A DNA stretch of 64,000 bases, from NCBI RefSeq assembly GCF_009834535.1, contig NC_045696.1, positions 108,874,001 through 108,938,000 of the forward strand. Reading direction: 5' to 3'. This stretch comes from Camelus ferus. Taxonomy: Eukaryota. Position 1 is the first letter of the stretch; every line of letters starts with the position of its first letter. The position numbers and the translations under genes were made by a program. A model generated the notes under the pieces. That model was not told where the DNA came from. It ran no database searches and was given only the letters and a program-made list of their open reading frames with translations. Below are positions 52,680-64,000 of the stretch, in pieces.

Positions 52680-52865
52680 AACTCTCATGCCTGAGCTGCA
52701 TCAGACCACCTGGAGGGCTTATGAAAACGCAGATGGCTGGGCCCCACCCCAAGAGTTTCTGACTCAAAGGGTCTATATGGGGCCCAAGAATCTGCATTTC
52801 TAAGAAGTTCCCGAGTGCTGCTGCTGCTGCTGCTGGTCCAAGGACACTTGGAGAGCTACTGCTCT
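52680..52865. mobile_element. MER5A-like DNA transposon
   Basis: GCTGCATCAGACCACCTGGAGGGCTT...GGGCCCCACCCCAAGAGTTTCTGA...GGGGCCCAAGAATCTGCATTTCTAAGAAGTTCCC. Confidence 0.8.
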
Positions 52866-53444
52866 GGCATCACCTGTTAGCACGGCCAGCTCCAGCCTTC
52901 AGGCTCTCTCTCTGCCCCATCTCTTCCTCTCACAAACAGATACCTTCCCCACTGCCTGAACTTCCAATTTTCATATGCTGTAGCTCTCCCCAGATCTTTA
53001 TAGCTGCTCTCTCTTTTACCTGGAACACCGTCCCTCCCTGACTTCCTCTGGCTCGCTTCTACTTCTGTTTGAAGTTCCAGCATAGATGCCACTTCTTCCA
53101 GGAAGCCTTTCAGGACTTCTCCCTTCTCCCTTATTCACTCACTCACACATCAGACTGGATTGGGGCCCCTGCTCTGAGCTTCAGGAACAGCCTGTCCTTC
53201 CCCTCCTGCAGTTCTGAGCCCACTCCATCATCAGAGCTGGTCTGCCTTGTCCTCTGTGAGGGCAGGACTCACAGCCATCCTCGTTACCATTTCATCCCCA
53301 GGGCCTGGCTAGTGGCTGGTAGGTGGTCAGAAAATATTCACTGAATTGATGGATGAACAACATGAACTTGATCGTTGTCTTTCTAGGATATTAGCCTACA
53401 TTCAAATGAGGCAGAATTTTACTACCCTACACATGCGCCACCAA

Positions 53445-53632
53445 CAGCGGCTCTCACGGTGTGATTCTTGGACCAGCAACATCAACATCACCTGGGAACC
53501 TCTTAGAAATGCGAATTCCCAGGCCCTGTCCCAGACCCGTTCATCAGAAGCGCTGGGGGTGGGGCCCAGCCATCTGGTTTTTATAAGCCTCCAGGTGGCT
53601 CTGATGCTCCCTCAAGTTTGAGAACCACTGCA
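53445..53632. mobile_element. MER5A-like DNA transposon
   Basis: GGACCAGCAACATCAACATCACCTGGGAAC...TTAGAAATGC...GGGGTGGGGCCCAGC...AAGTTTGAGAACCACTG. Confidence 0.8.
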
Positions 53633-55023
53633 CCATCACATGATGAGGCCTCAAAGGAGTAAAAATACTAGAATATTCTGAATAATAGTGATAGTAACAC
53701 TCTCGGGTCCGGGTGAAGTATGACTGTACGTGAACAACGCTTGGAGGACGCTGGCCAGCACTCTTGGGGATGGTTTACGCTCAGCAGAGCTGTACCCTCG
53801 GAGCAGTTGAGCTGAGTTTATTCTCCAAATTACTGATATTTATAGAACTATAACTCCAGGGACGGAGGTGTCACTGCAGATGAAGAGAGTTTGGAGGAGA
53901 GAGAATCTTTCTGTCGGGTGAATAATTTGGAGACTAAATTGAAAAGCAATCACAAGGAAAACCAGGAGAGTAAAAGGCTGATTTCGTGGCTGGAGTAAGA
54001 AGCATTGGGATGGGGGAGGGTTCCCTTCACGGTGGGTTCGAGGGAGCCAGCCCTCTCCCCATTCTGTGTGCTGCCCCTTTGTGAGACATGAAACACAGCC
54101 CAGGTGTGAGAGGTAAACGCCACAGAAGTGACAGGCAAGTGGCTGCAGGAGTCTCAGGGCAGGACAGGAAGGGATCGCAACAGGGGTCAGGATGATGATG
54201 AGAACCTGGTCCAAAGAAGGGAGTCAGTGCTATGCAACAAGGCGGGTACTGTCAGACACTCGCTATAAAGGCGAGATGAAAGGACCCAGGGGCTGTGCTC
54301 AAGGGGAGAGCAGAGTGAGGTGGCCTCGGAAGGCTTTGGAAAGAGGAGCCCCAACCTGAACTTGGGGCTTGTGCCTGCAGGCTCACCAGAAAGGGTTCCC
54401 TTTCCTTTAAGGACCGGGAATGCAGGAACTCATACATTGAAGCCGACTTAAACTTGGCGTTGAAGATGACTGGAAGTAGAGGCTCGTTGAACTATGACAA
54501 GTGGGAAGGTGCTGTTCCACCATATGCTGCTAAATTGCCTGTCCCTGTACAGCGTGCTCCCGGAGAGTCTTTCACGTGCCGGCAGAATACACTCTACACA
54601 GTAAATGAAGCCAGCCGTGGGCTGCCCTGACGAACCAGAGAGCATCAAGGGGAAGCCTTGATCTGCAGTCCTTGTCACTCTGCCTGGTGCCCTGAGAGGG
54701 GCTGCCCTAAGAAATGAGGAGTGAGTGGTGGAGATGCCCCACTAAAAGCAGATTTGCTGCCTGGAGCCAGAAAAGCGTTCACTGGCTCACTAAGAACGGA
54801 GCATGATTTAAAACGATCAGGCCAGAGGTCAAGGCTAAGAACACCAAGGTCAACAACTCAGACATCTAGTGGAGACACTTGGTCCACAGGACACTTAGTG
54901 GTGAGCTGTCTGGGACCCCAGGAGGAGTTGCTCATACCCGCTTATTCACTGAGTCCTGCAATTATGGCGAGAGGTGTTTCTTGTTTGTTCTTTTTTTTGC
55001 TAAAAAAAAAAAAAAAAAATCAC

Positions 55024-55385
55024 CTGTACGAGTTTGCAAAAGCCCACAGAAATGTATGGTCTCACCGTTCCGGGGAATCTGGGTGCTGGCAGGATCCCAC
55101 AGGCAGCTGGGGGCTGCGAGAGGAGGTCTGGTCCAGGCCTTGCTCTGTGGCTTGTGGACGGCCGTCTTCTCCCTGTGCCTTCACATCTTCCCTCCACGCA
55201 GATCTCTGCACCCAGATTCCCGCTTCTTATCAGGACACCAGTCCTAATGGATTAGGAACAGCCCTAACCTCCTCACTTTCTCTTGATTACCTCCATAAAT
55301 CCCTGTCTCCATACAAGGTCACATCTGAGGAACTAGGTGAAAACTTCAATATAGGAATTGGGGGGTGGGCACAATTCAACCCCAA
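55024..55385 (-). mobile_element. MaLR LTR (MLT1A/MST-like)
   Basis: CAGAAATGTATGGTCTCACCGTTC...CTTCTTATCAGGACACCAGTC...CCTGTCTCCATACAAGGTCACATCTGAGG...ACAATTCAACCC. Confidence 0.75.
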
Positions 55386-56377
55386 GATATCTGTAGAACA
55401 GTGCAGAGAAAGCGCTCTGTGTGCCCTGAGGCATGAAGCGAGTGTGATCCCTTGCTGCACAAGTAACCTCCAATCCAGAGAGGCCCAAGGACAGCACGTC
55501 CCATCAAGGTCTGCAAGGAGCCACGAGGAAGCTATTTGCATTGAACTCGGAGCTCCTCTCAGGCCAAGAGCATGGGAGCGTTTCTAGCTCTGGCTTGACT
55601 ACTGACTATTATAGCTGTGTGACCTCAAACAATTTCCTTAACCTCTCTGGTCTCCACCTCGTGGCATTCGTTATGGGACTGAATGAGCACATGATAATGC
55701 ATTAACGCCATTCTTGGCAGGCGTGTAGTGATTGCTCAGTAACTGCTAACCCTTCAGTTATCCTATTTACTCTCCCGTAACACAAGGTTAGGGCTCTACT
55801 GGGTGGATACACCAGACAGACATTGAACAAGGGTGGCAGTGGTCACTTTTCCTTGGACCAGTCTCTTGACCTCAGTTTCCTCATCTGAAGAACGGGATAA
55901 GGCTTCCTGTCTGCTGCTCTGGGCACCAAAATGGAACCACTAATGGAAAAGTGCTTTGGGAATTTGTGACGATGCCAGTTAATAACTTGACATTATCAAG
56001 CGCGCATTCCCTAGAGTCAGACTAATTGTGAGTTCTAATTGTTTTTTTTTTTTTAACATTTTTTATTGATTTATAATCATTTTACAATGTTGTGTCAAAT
56101 TCCAGTGTTCAGCACAATTTTTCAGTTATTCATGGACATATACACACTCATTGTCACATTTTTTTCTCTGTGAGTTATCATAACATTTTGTGTATATTTC
56201 CCTGTGCTATACAGTGTAATCTTGTTTATCTATTCTACAATTTTGAAATCTCAGTCTATCCCTTCCCACCCTCCACCCCCCTGGTAACCACAAGTCTGTA
56301 TTCTCTGTCTGTGAGTCTATTTCTGTCCTTTATTTATGCTTTGTTTTTGTTTGTTTGTTTGTTTTTGTTTTTGTTTT

Positions 56378-59300
56378 TTAGATTCCACATATGAGCAATC
56401 TCATATGGTATTTTTCTTTCTCTTTCTGGCTTACTTCACTTAGAATGACATTCTCCAGGAGCATCCACTGTTGCTGCAAATGGCATTATGTTGTCGGTTT
56501 TTATGGCTGAGTAGTATTCCATTGTATAAATATACCACCTCTTCTTTATCCAGTCACCTGTTGATGGACATTTAGGCTGTTTCCATGTTTTGGCTATTGT
56601 AAATAGTGCTGCTATGAACATTGGGGTGCAGGTGTCATCCTGAAGTAGATTTCCTTCTGGATACAAGCCCAGGAGTGGGATTCCTGGGTCATATGGTAAG
56701 TCTATTCCTAGTCTTTTGAGGAATCTCCACACTGTTTTCCATAGTGGCTGCACCAAACTGCATTCCCACCAGCAGTGTAGGAGGGTTCCCCTTTCTCCAC
56801 AGCCTCTCCAGCATTTGTCATTTGTGGATTTTTGAATGACGGCCATTCTGACTGGTGTGAGGTGATACCTCATTGTAGTTTTGATTTGCATTTCTCTGAT
56901 AATTAGTGATAGTGAGCATTTTTTCATGTGCTTTTTGATCATTTGTATGTCTTCCTTGGAGAATTGCTTGTTTAGGTCTTCTGCCCATTTTTGGATTGGG
57001 TTGTTTATTTTTTTCTTATTGAGTCGTATGAGCTGCTTATATATTCTGGAGATCAAGCCTTTGTCGGTTTCACTTGCAAAAATTTTCTCCCATTCCGTAG
57101 GTTTTCGTCTTGTTTTACTTCTGGTTTCCTTTGCTGTGCAGAAGCTTGTAAGTTTCATTAGGTCCCATTTGTTTATTCTTGCTTTTATTTCTTCTAGGAG
57201 AAAAATTTTTAAATGTATGTCAGATAATGTTTTGCCTATGTTTTCCTCTAGGAGGTTTATTGTATCTTGTCTTATGTTTAAGTCTTTAATCCATTTTGAG
57301 TTGATTTTTGTATATGGTGTAAGGGAGTGTTCTAGCTTCATTGTTTTACATGCTGCTGTCCGGTTTTCCCAACACCATTTGCTGAAGAGACTGTCTTTAT
57401 TCCAATGTATATTCTTGCCTCCTTTGTCGAAGATGAGTTGACCAAAAGTTTGTGGGTTCATTTCTGGGCTCTCTATTCTGTTCCATTGGTCTGTATGTCT
57501 GTTTTGGTACCAATACCATGCTGTCTTGATGACTGTAGCTCTATAGTATTGTCTGAAGTCTGGGAGAGTTATTCCTCCAGCCTCTTTCTTTCTCTTCAGT
57601 AATGCTTTGGCAATTCTAGGTCTTTGATGGTTCCATATGAATTTTATTATGATTTTTTCTAGTTCTGTGAAATATGTCCTAGGTAATTGGATAGGGATTG
57701 CATTAAATCTGTAGATTGCCTTGGGCAGTGTGACCATTTTAACAATATTGATTCTTCCAATCCAAGAGCATGGAATATCTTTCCATTTTTTAAAGTCTTC
57801 TTTAATTTCCTTCATCAATGGTTTATAGTTTTCTGTGTATAATTCTTTCACCTCCTTGGTTAGATTTATTCCCAGATATTTTATTACTTTGGGTGCTATT
57901 TTAAAGGGGATTGTTTCTTTACTTTCTTCTTCTGTTGATTTATCGTTAGTGTAAAGAAATGCAACTGATTTTTGAACGTTAATTTTGTAATCTGCTACCT
58001 TGCTGAATTCTTCAATCAGCTCTAGTAGCTTTTGCGTGGACCTTTTAGGGTTTTCTATATATAGTAACATGTCATCAGCATATAATGACACTTTTACCTC
58101 TTCTTTTCCAATTTGGATCCCTTTTATTTCTCTCTCTTGCCTGACTGCTGTGGCTAGGACTTCCAGGACTATGTTGAATAGGAGTGGTGATAGTGGGCAT
58201 CCTTGTCTTGTCCCAGATTTTAGTGGGAAGCTTTTGAGTTTTTCACCGTTGAGTACTATGCTGGCTGTAGGTTTGTCATATATAGCTTTTATTATGTTGA
58301 GATATGTTCCCTCTATACCCACTTTGGCGAGAGTTTTTATCATAAATGGGTGTTGAATTTTATCAAATGCTTTTTCTGCATCGATTGAGATGATCATGTG
58401 GTTTTTGTCCTTTCTCTTGTTGATGTGATGTATTACACTGATTGATTTGTGTATGTTGAACCAGCCTTGTGTCCCTGGGATGAACCCCACTTGGTCATGA
58501 TGTATAATCTTTTTTATGTGTTGTTGGATTCTATTTGCTAAAATTTTGGTGAGGATTTTGGCGTCTATGTTCATCAGTGATATTGGCCTATAATTCTCTT
58601 TTTTTGTAGTGTCTTTGCCTGGTTTTGGTATCAGGGTGATGGTGGCTTCATAGAATGAGTTTGGGAGTATTCCCTCCTTTTCAATCGTCTGGAAGAGTTT
58701 GAGAAGGACTGGTATGAGTTCTTCTTTGTATGTTTGGTAGAATTCCCCGGTGAAGCCGTCCGGTCCTGGACTTTTATTTGTAGGGAGGTTTTTAATTGCT
58801 ATTTCTATTTCCTTTCTAGTGATCGGATTGTTCAAGTGTTCAGATTCTTCTCGATTCAGTCTTGGTGGACAGTATGTTTCCAGAAACTTGTCCATCTCCT
58901 CTAGGTTATCCAGTTTGGTTCCATATAGTTTTTCATAATATTCTCGTATGATATTCTGTATTTCTATTTTGTTTGTTGTAATTTCTCCATTTTCCTTTCT
59001 TATTTTGCTAATTTGTGCTCTCTCTTTTTTCTTCTTTGTGAGTTTGGCCAGAGGTTTGTCAATTTTATTTACTTTTTCAAAAAACCAGCTTTTGGCTTGG
59101 TTGATTCTTTCTATGGTCTTGTTAATCTCTATTGTATTTAATTCCTCTCTGATCTTTATTATTTCCTTCCTTCTGCTGCTTTTTGGGGCTTTTTGTTCTT
59201 CTTTTTCTAATTCATTCAGGTGGTGGGTTAAATTGTTTATTTGAGATTGTTCTTCTTTTTTGAGGAAGGCCTGTATCGGTATAAACTTCCCTCTTAGCAC

Positions 59301-60177
59301 TGCCTTTGCTGTGTCCCATAGGTTTTGAGTGGTTGTGCTTTCATGATCATTTGTCTCAAGGTATTTTTTAATTTCAGCTTTGATTTCCTCATTGATCCAT
59401 TGTTTTTTCAATAACATATTGTTTAATCTCCATGCTTTCCTTTTTTTCTCCTTTGTTTCTCTGTTGTTGATTTCCAGTTTCATGGCATTGTGGTCAGTAA
59501 AGATGCTTGAGATAATTTCTATCTTCTTAAAATTGTTGAGGTTTCTTTTGTGCCCAAGTACATGATCGATCCTGGAAAATGTTCCATGTGCACTTGAAAA
59601 GAGTGTATATCCTATTTTTGGGGGGTGTAATGCTCTGAAAATATCCACCAAATCTAGTTTTTCTATTGTAGTATTTAATTTCTCTGTTGCCTTGTTTATT
59701 TTCTGTCTGGAAGATCTGTCTAGTGATGTTAATGCAGTGTTAAAATCTCCAACTATGATTGTATTGCCATCAATATCCCCCCTTTATTTCTGTTAGTAAT
59801 TCTTGTATGTACTTAGGTGCTCCTATATTGGGTGCATATATATTAACGAGTGTAATATCCTCATCTTGTATCACTCCTTTAATCATTATAAAATGTCCTT
59901 CTTTATCTTTCTTTATGGCCTTTGTTTTAAAGTCTATTTTGTCTGAAATCAGTACTGCAACACCTGCTTTTTTGGCTTTTCCATTTGCATGGAATATCCT
60001 TTTCCATCCTTTCACTCTCAATCTATATGTGTCCTTCTCCCTAAAGTGGGTCTCTTATATGCAGCATATTGAAGGTTCTTGCTTTATTATCCAGTCTGCC
60101 ACTCTGTGTCTTTTGACTGGAGCATTTAGTCCATTAACATTTACAGTAACTAATGATAGATGTGTGTTTATTGCCAT
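56378..60177 (-). pseudogene. L1 ORF2p (EN-RT-CCHC) with one stop and two +1 frameshifts
   Basis: ATG at 60177 (MAINTHLSLVTVNVNGLN). TAA at 60055-60057 in CCI*ETH. Extra base in the C6 run at 59777-59782 and another near 56468. The 1071-aa open segment has [22 protein letters not shown] and CWRGC...HCWWEC. Confidence 0.95.
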
Positions 60178-60581
60178 TTTGAACTTATCTTTGCAGTTGA
60201 ATTGGTATATCCTCTTTGTTCCTTTCTTCTTCCTTTTGTGGTTTGGTAATTTTCCTTTGTATTATCATGGATTTTATTTAATTTTTGTGACTCCTTTGTA
60301 AATTTTTGGCTTGTGGTTACCCTTTTTTGTAAATCAATCACCCCATTACTATAACTGTTTTTATTAAACTGATAGTAACATGATCTCAAACCCATCCTAC
60401 TGTTAAAAAAAATTTAAAAAGAAAGAAAAAAATATTCTATATTTCCCTGCCTCCCTCTCCCACTCTCAGTGATTTGTATGTCTTCTTTTATAATTTCATG
60501 TTTACTTTATTTGTAATTCATGAGTTATCACCTTTCCAGTTGTGTGTTTCTCATTTCTGTAGCATCCTGCTGCTTTTCTAT

Positions 60582-61484
60582 TTAGAATAGTCCTTTCAAT
60601 ATTTCTTTTAGCATAGGTTTAGTGTTGCTAAACTCCTGCAGCTTTTTTTTGTCTGTGAAACTCTTTATTTCTCCTTCTATCCTCAAGGATAGCCTTGCTG
60701 GATAAAGGATCCTAGGCTGCATCTTTTTTTCATTCAGGGCTTTGAATATATCTTGCCACTCCCTTCTGGCCTGTAGTGTTTGTGTAGAGAAATCAGCTGA
60801 GAGCCTTATGGGGGTTCCCTTGTAACTTACTCTTTGCTTTTCTCTTGCTGCCTTTAGAATCATTTCTTTATCCTTGACTCTGGCCATCTTGATTATGATA
60901 TGTCTTGGTGTGGGTCTATTTGAGTTCTTCCTGTTTGGGACCCTCTGAGCTTCCTGTACTTGGATATCTGATTCCTTCTTTAAGTTTGGGAAGTTTTCAG
61001 ACATGATTTCTTCAAAAACCTTTTCAATCCCCTTTGATCTTTCTTCTCCTTCTGGGACCCCTATTATGCGAAGATTGGGACGCTTTATATTATCCCATAG
61101 GTCCCTTATGCTATTTTCATTATTTTTTATTTGCTTCTCTTGTAGTTCTTCTGAATGGGTGCTTTCTATTGTCCTGTCTTCTAGATCACTAATTCGTTCC
61201 TCTGCATTATCTAGTCAGCTTTGCACAGCTATTAGATCATTCCTCATCTCTGTCAATGAGTTTATCCATTCTACTTGGCTCTTCTTTATAGCTTCAATTT
61301 CATTTTTGACATGTTTTATATCTCTAAACACTATCTCTTTTAATTCCTTCAGCAATTCGATCACTCCTTTTTTGAAATCTTGATCTAGTAGGCTATCGAT
61401 GTCTATTTTGTTGATCTTTCTTTCAGGGGATTCCTCTTGTTCTTTTAATTGGGAAAGGTTTTTCTGCTTCTTCATCTTGCTCAT
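60582..61484 (-). pseudogene. L1 ORF1p with a single nonsense codon
   Basis: The 89-aa and 140-aa ORFs are in the same frame, separated only by TGA at 61215-61217 (VQS*LDNAEERISDLEDR; likely CGA>TGA). Conserved motifs WDNIKRPNLRIIGVPE, PTPRHIII, ARREW and YPARLS are present. Confidence 0.95.
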
Positions 61485-63134
61485 ACCTCTTTGGCACTGT
61501 GGTTTATGGAGTATCAGTTGTTTATTTTGGTCCTTAAGGATTTTATCTATCTGATGCCTATTTAGGAATAGAACTTAGGAAAAAAAAGAAAAAAAATAGA
61601 GAGAAAGAATTTTAAAAGAAGGGAGAAAGAGGGTTTGAAAACAGTGTATAATGAATAATAGAAGAGTGAGTTGAAGCAGAGTATTAATCGGGTTGAGACG
61701 TCCTTTTGAAACCTTTACAAAAAAAGGGGGGGAGATGAATAGATGTATTTGAAACCTGTGTCTAATCAATAGCAGGACATCAAAACCCAAGAGAAATAGA
61801 AATGAATTAAGAAGTAAAGTTTAAGAGAGTAATAGAAAATAGAACAGGTAAAAACATATTTAAAAAAAAAGGGGGGGGGGTTTGTCGGTGTTCTCCTGGA
61901 GTCTGTGTGCTTTTAATGTGAGGTCTTTCTGTCTTCGTCCTGTTTTGGAAGCTCAGCTTGCTGTTTTCAGAGGCCCTCCGTTGGCGCCCTCTTCTGTGCT
62001 GCTCCCAGCACCTGTCGGCAAGCAGATCGCGCCTCCTCCTAACACTGGGTCAGGTGCAGCTCTCTGCTGTGGGCGGGCGGGTCGCTGCCCCTCCCGGATG
62101 CCGCAGTCAGATGTTGCAGACTGGCCGGGTAGGAGGGCGAGTCGTGCCCCCTCCCAGCACCTCGGTCAGGGGCTGTGTTCCTGCCCGAAAGGCGGGGGGC
62201 CGCTCTCCCTCTACCTGCGCCGCCGGTAGCTCTGCTGCTCTGTGCGGCTGCGCGCTCCGCCCTGGTCGGGGCTCCGCGCGGGTGGGCTCGGGGAAGACCG
62301 AAGGACAGCCCTGTCCCTGCTCCGAGTCAAAACCCAGCTCCTTGTTTGTCTTTGTGGAGCAAGTTCTCTGAGGGACCAGGATTGAAGGATCCTATCTGCC
62401 CCGGGCTGCAGGCCAGTCTCAGTCTGGCCTTTGAGGCTGCTAAGCCCTTCCGTGCGGATGCAGGTTTCGCCCCCGCCCCCGCCTGTGCGCTCAGCGAGGA
62501 GGATATGGCGGCTGTGCCTGAGCCCCGCCTCTCTTCCCCCGAAAACTTTCCGCGGGTTTTCAGAGATGGGGGTGTGCACCCTTCCCCCGAGAGCACATCA
62601 ACCTTGCTGTTTTATGGAGGGCCCAGGTTGTTCTGCCCTGTGTACCCACAGCCACGGCGCGCAGCCCCTTGCGTTCCCCCTGGAGCTGCCTCCGTGCAGC
62701 CACTTCCGTCCTCCGCCTGGCTTGTGCAGCCTGGCCCTGCCCGCCGCTGCCGGCCTGCGTCTCAGGCTGGGTGTCGGGGGGACACTCTGTGCCCGTTTAA
62801 CTTAGTTCTGTTAGTCAAGGGCTGCTCTGTACAGATCCGAGCCTCGGAGGCTCCTCCTCTGTCCCGCTGGCCTCTCAGTTGGAGAGGGGAGACCCAGCGA
62901 GCGAGCGCCAGTCCTCCTTTGCCACTCCCTCCCCGCGGGACCCGTCCCACGCTGCTTTGCCTTTTGTTCTTTCTTTTTTCCTTTTCTCCTACCAGAGTTT
63001 TGGCGTCTTTATCTTTTGAAGAGGGCGATGTTCTGTCAGAGTTCCACAGGTGCTCTGGTTGGCTGAGTGGGTCTGTAGATGTGGGTCTTGGTGTATTTGT
63101 GGGAGAGGGTGACCTGCGAGCAGTCCTTCTACTC

Positions 63135-63143
63135 CGCCATCTT
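63135..63143 (-). promoter_or_regulatory. YY1 site at the L1 5' end
   Basis: CGCCATCTT (AAGATGGCG on the L1 strand) about 10 nt from the L1 5' end, the canonical position. Confidence 0.75.
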
Positions 63144-63167
63144 CTCCGTCTTCTCTAATTGTTTTTT

Positions 63168-63290
63168 AAGCAATTATTTAACCTCTCTGTGCTCCAGTTT
63201 TCCATCAGCAAAACAGGGACTACAAAAGGCAAACGTCTTGTAAGTTACTGCGGAGACTGAAAAGTATGGGCGAAGTGCTTGGAAGACAGG
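63168..63290 (+). mobile_element. MIR 3' part, split from its 5' part (~55995-56033) by the full-length L1
   Basis: Left of the L1: AAGCGCGCATTCCCTAGAGTCAGACT (MIR head-like). Right of the L1: ATTATTTAACCTCTCTGTGCTCCAGTTTTCCATC (MIR core). Confidence 0.6.
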
Positions 63291-63862
63291 CTGGCGGATC
63301 GTACCCGGTCGTGAGCCTTCCTCTTCTCTGACTATGACGGCGATTCTGCTTGCTATTTATAGGGGTCTGTGCTGTGATCGTGGTCATAGTTCCACTTTTA
63401 CGTTGCTTGTCCCTGAAGACTTTTGCACTTACACGTCACTGCCAGAGACCCCTGCCCCTTACACACAACATCAGGAGAGTGGCTTGGTTTCCCTTCCTCC
63501 CACAGCAACCTCCACTGTAACCAGAGTTCTTTCCACACCACAGTCCTATGAGTCAGGCTTTCCTGGTTTTCAGGTTTAAAATCCAGGTGCTAAGAGTCAA
63601 AGTCCAGGCCTGCCTGTTTCCTGCTCGTTTGGATTAATTTCCTATTGTTGGATGCTGGATGGTCTCTGGTAGGCAGCATGTGGGGAGGGGAAAGTTTCCC
63701 TTGCCAGGAAAATCCAGTAGGTGATGATGCTAGAGGCAAAGGTACCAGTTCATGAGAAACACCAACAAGCTGGCCAGCAGAGGCTCTGACTCCTAAGAAC
63801 TCACGGGCCGTAGCCGTGCAGGGCTGCTCCTATAACCGGGAGAAAGACCCATTTAGCCAGAC

Positions 63863-64000
63863 TGTGTTTGCTCTGGCTGCTGTAAAAAATGACCACAAAG
63901 TTAGTGGCTTAGAAGCCCACATATTTATTGTCTTATGGTTCCGCAGGTCAGAAGTCTAAAATCAAGGTGCCAGCAGGGCTACCTTCCCTCTGAAAGTTCT
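63863..64000 (-). mobile_element. MaLR MLT1-type LTR (runs off window)
   Basis: GGCTGCTGTAAAAAATGACCACAAAGTTAGTGGCTTA...ATTTATTGTCTTATGGTTC...GGTCAGAAGTCTAAAATCAAGGTG. Confidence 0.75.

Larger units (their letters stand above)
56048..63153 (-). mobile_element. Full-length (~7.1 kb) young LINE-1, disabled
   Basis: 5' end GAAGACGGAGAAGATGGCGG with a YY1 site, CpG-rich 5'UTR, ORF1, ORF2, AATAAA (56062-56067) and short polyA. Perfect TSD TCTAATTGTTTTTT at 56034-56047 and 63154-63167, followed by AA (TTTT/AA endonuclease site). Confidence 0.98.

Noticed and set aside
54721..55587. 288-aa plus-strand ORF
   Set aside because: GTG start; runs through a polyA tract and a MaLR LTR; chance ORF.
56881..61383. 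Plus-strand ORFs antisense to L1 ORF1/ORF2
   Set aside because: Common by-products of L1 codon structure.
1..64000. CRISPR arrays, operons or other prokaryotic systems
   Set aside because: The window is mammalian DNA; no regularly spaced repeat-spacer structure was seen.

Overview
Mammalian genomic DNA, probably camelid because of a vic-1-type tRNA-derived SINE. The only host protein-coding sequence I can support is exon 1 of EPHB1 on the minus strand (ATG at 27974, 58 coding nt, GT donor at 27916). It lies in a CpG island with an Inr-like start near 28345 and two CCAAT boxes. Positions 1-27916 are EPHB1 intron 1, and positions above about 28350 are upstream DNA. The rest is mostly transposable elements: a young full-length but disabled L1 (56048-63153, 14-bp TSD), an old L1 scaffold (about 34.3-41.3 kb) holding nested insertions including a U6 snRNA/L1 chimera, an ERV1-type solo LTR 2.4 kb upstream of the EPHB1 promoter, and many MaLR, MIR, L2, CR1 and MER5A fragments. 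The most unusual signal is at about 10.9-14.1 kb (minus strand, intron 1): a collinear series of degraded gag, RT, RNase H and tyrosine-recombinase-like motifs suggesting a fossil DIRS/Ngaro-type retrotransposon, a class largely regarded as absent or extremely rare in mammals. Repeat family names come from recalled consensus sequences, not from searches.
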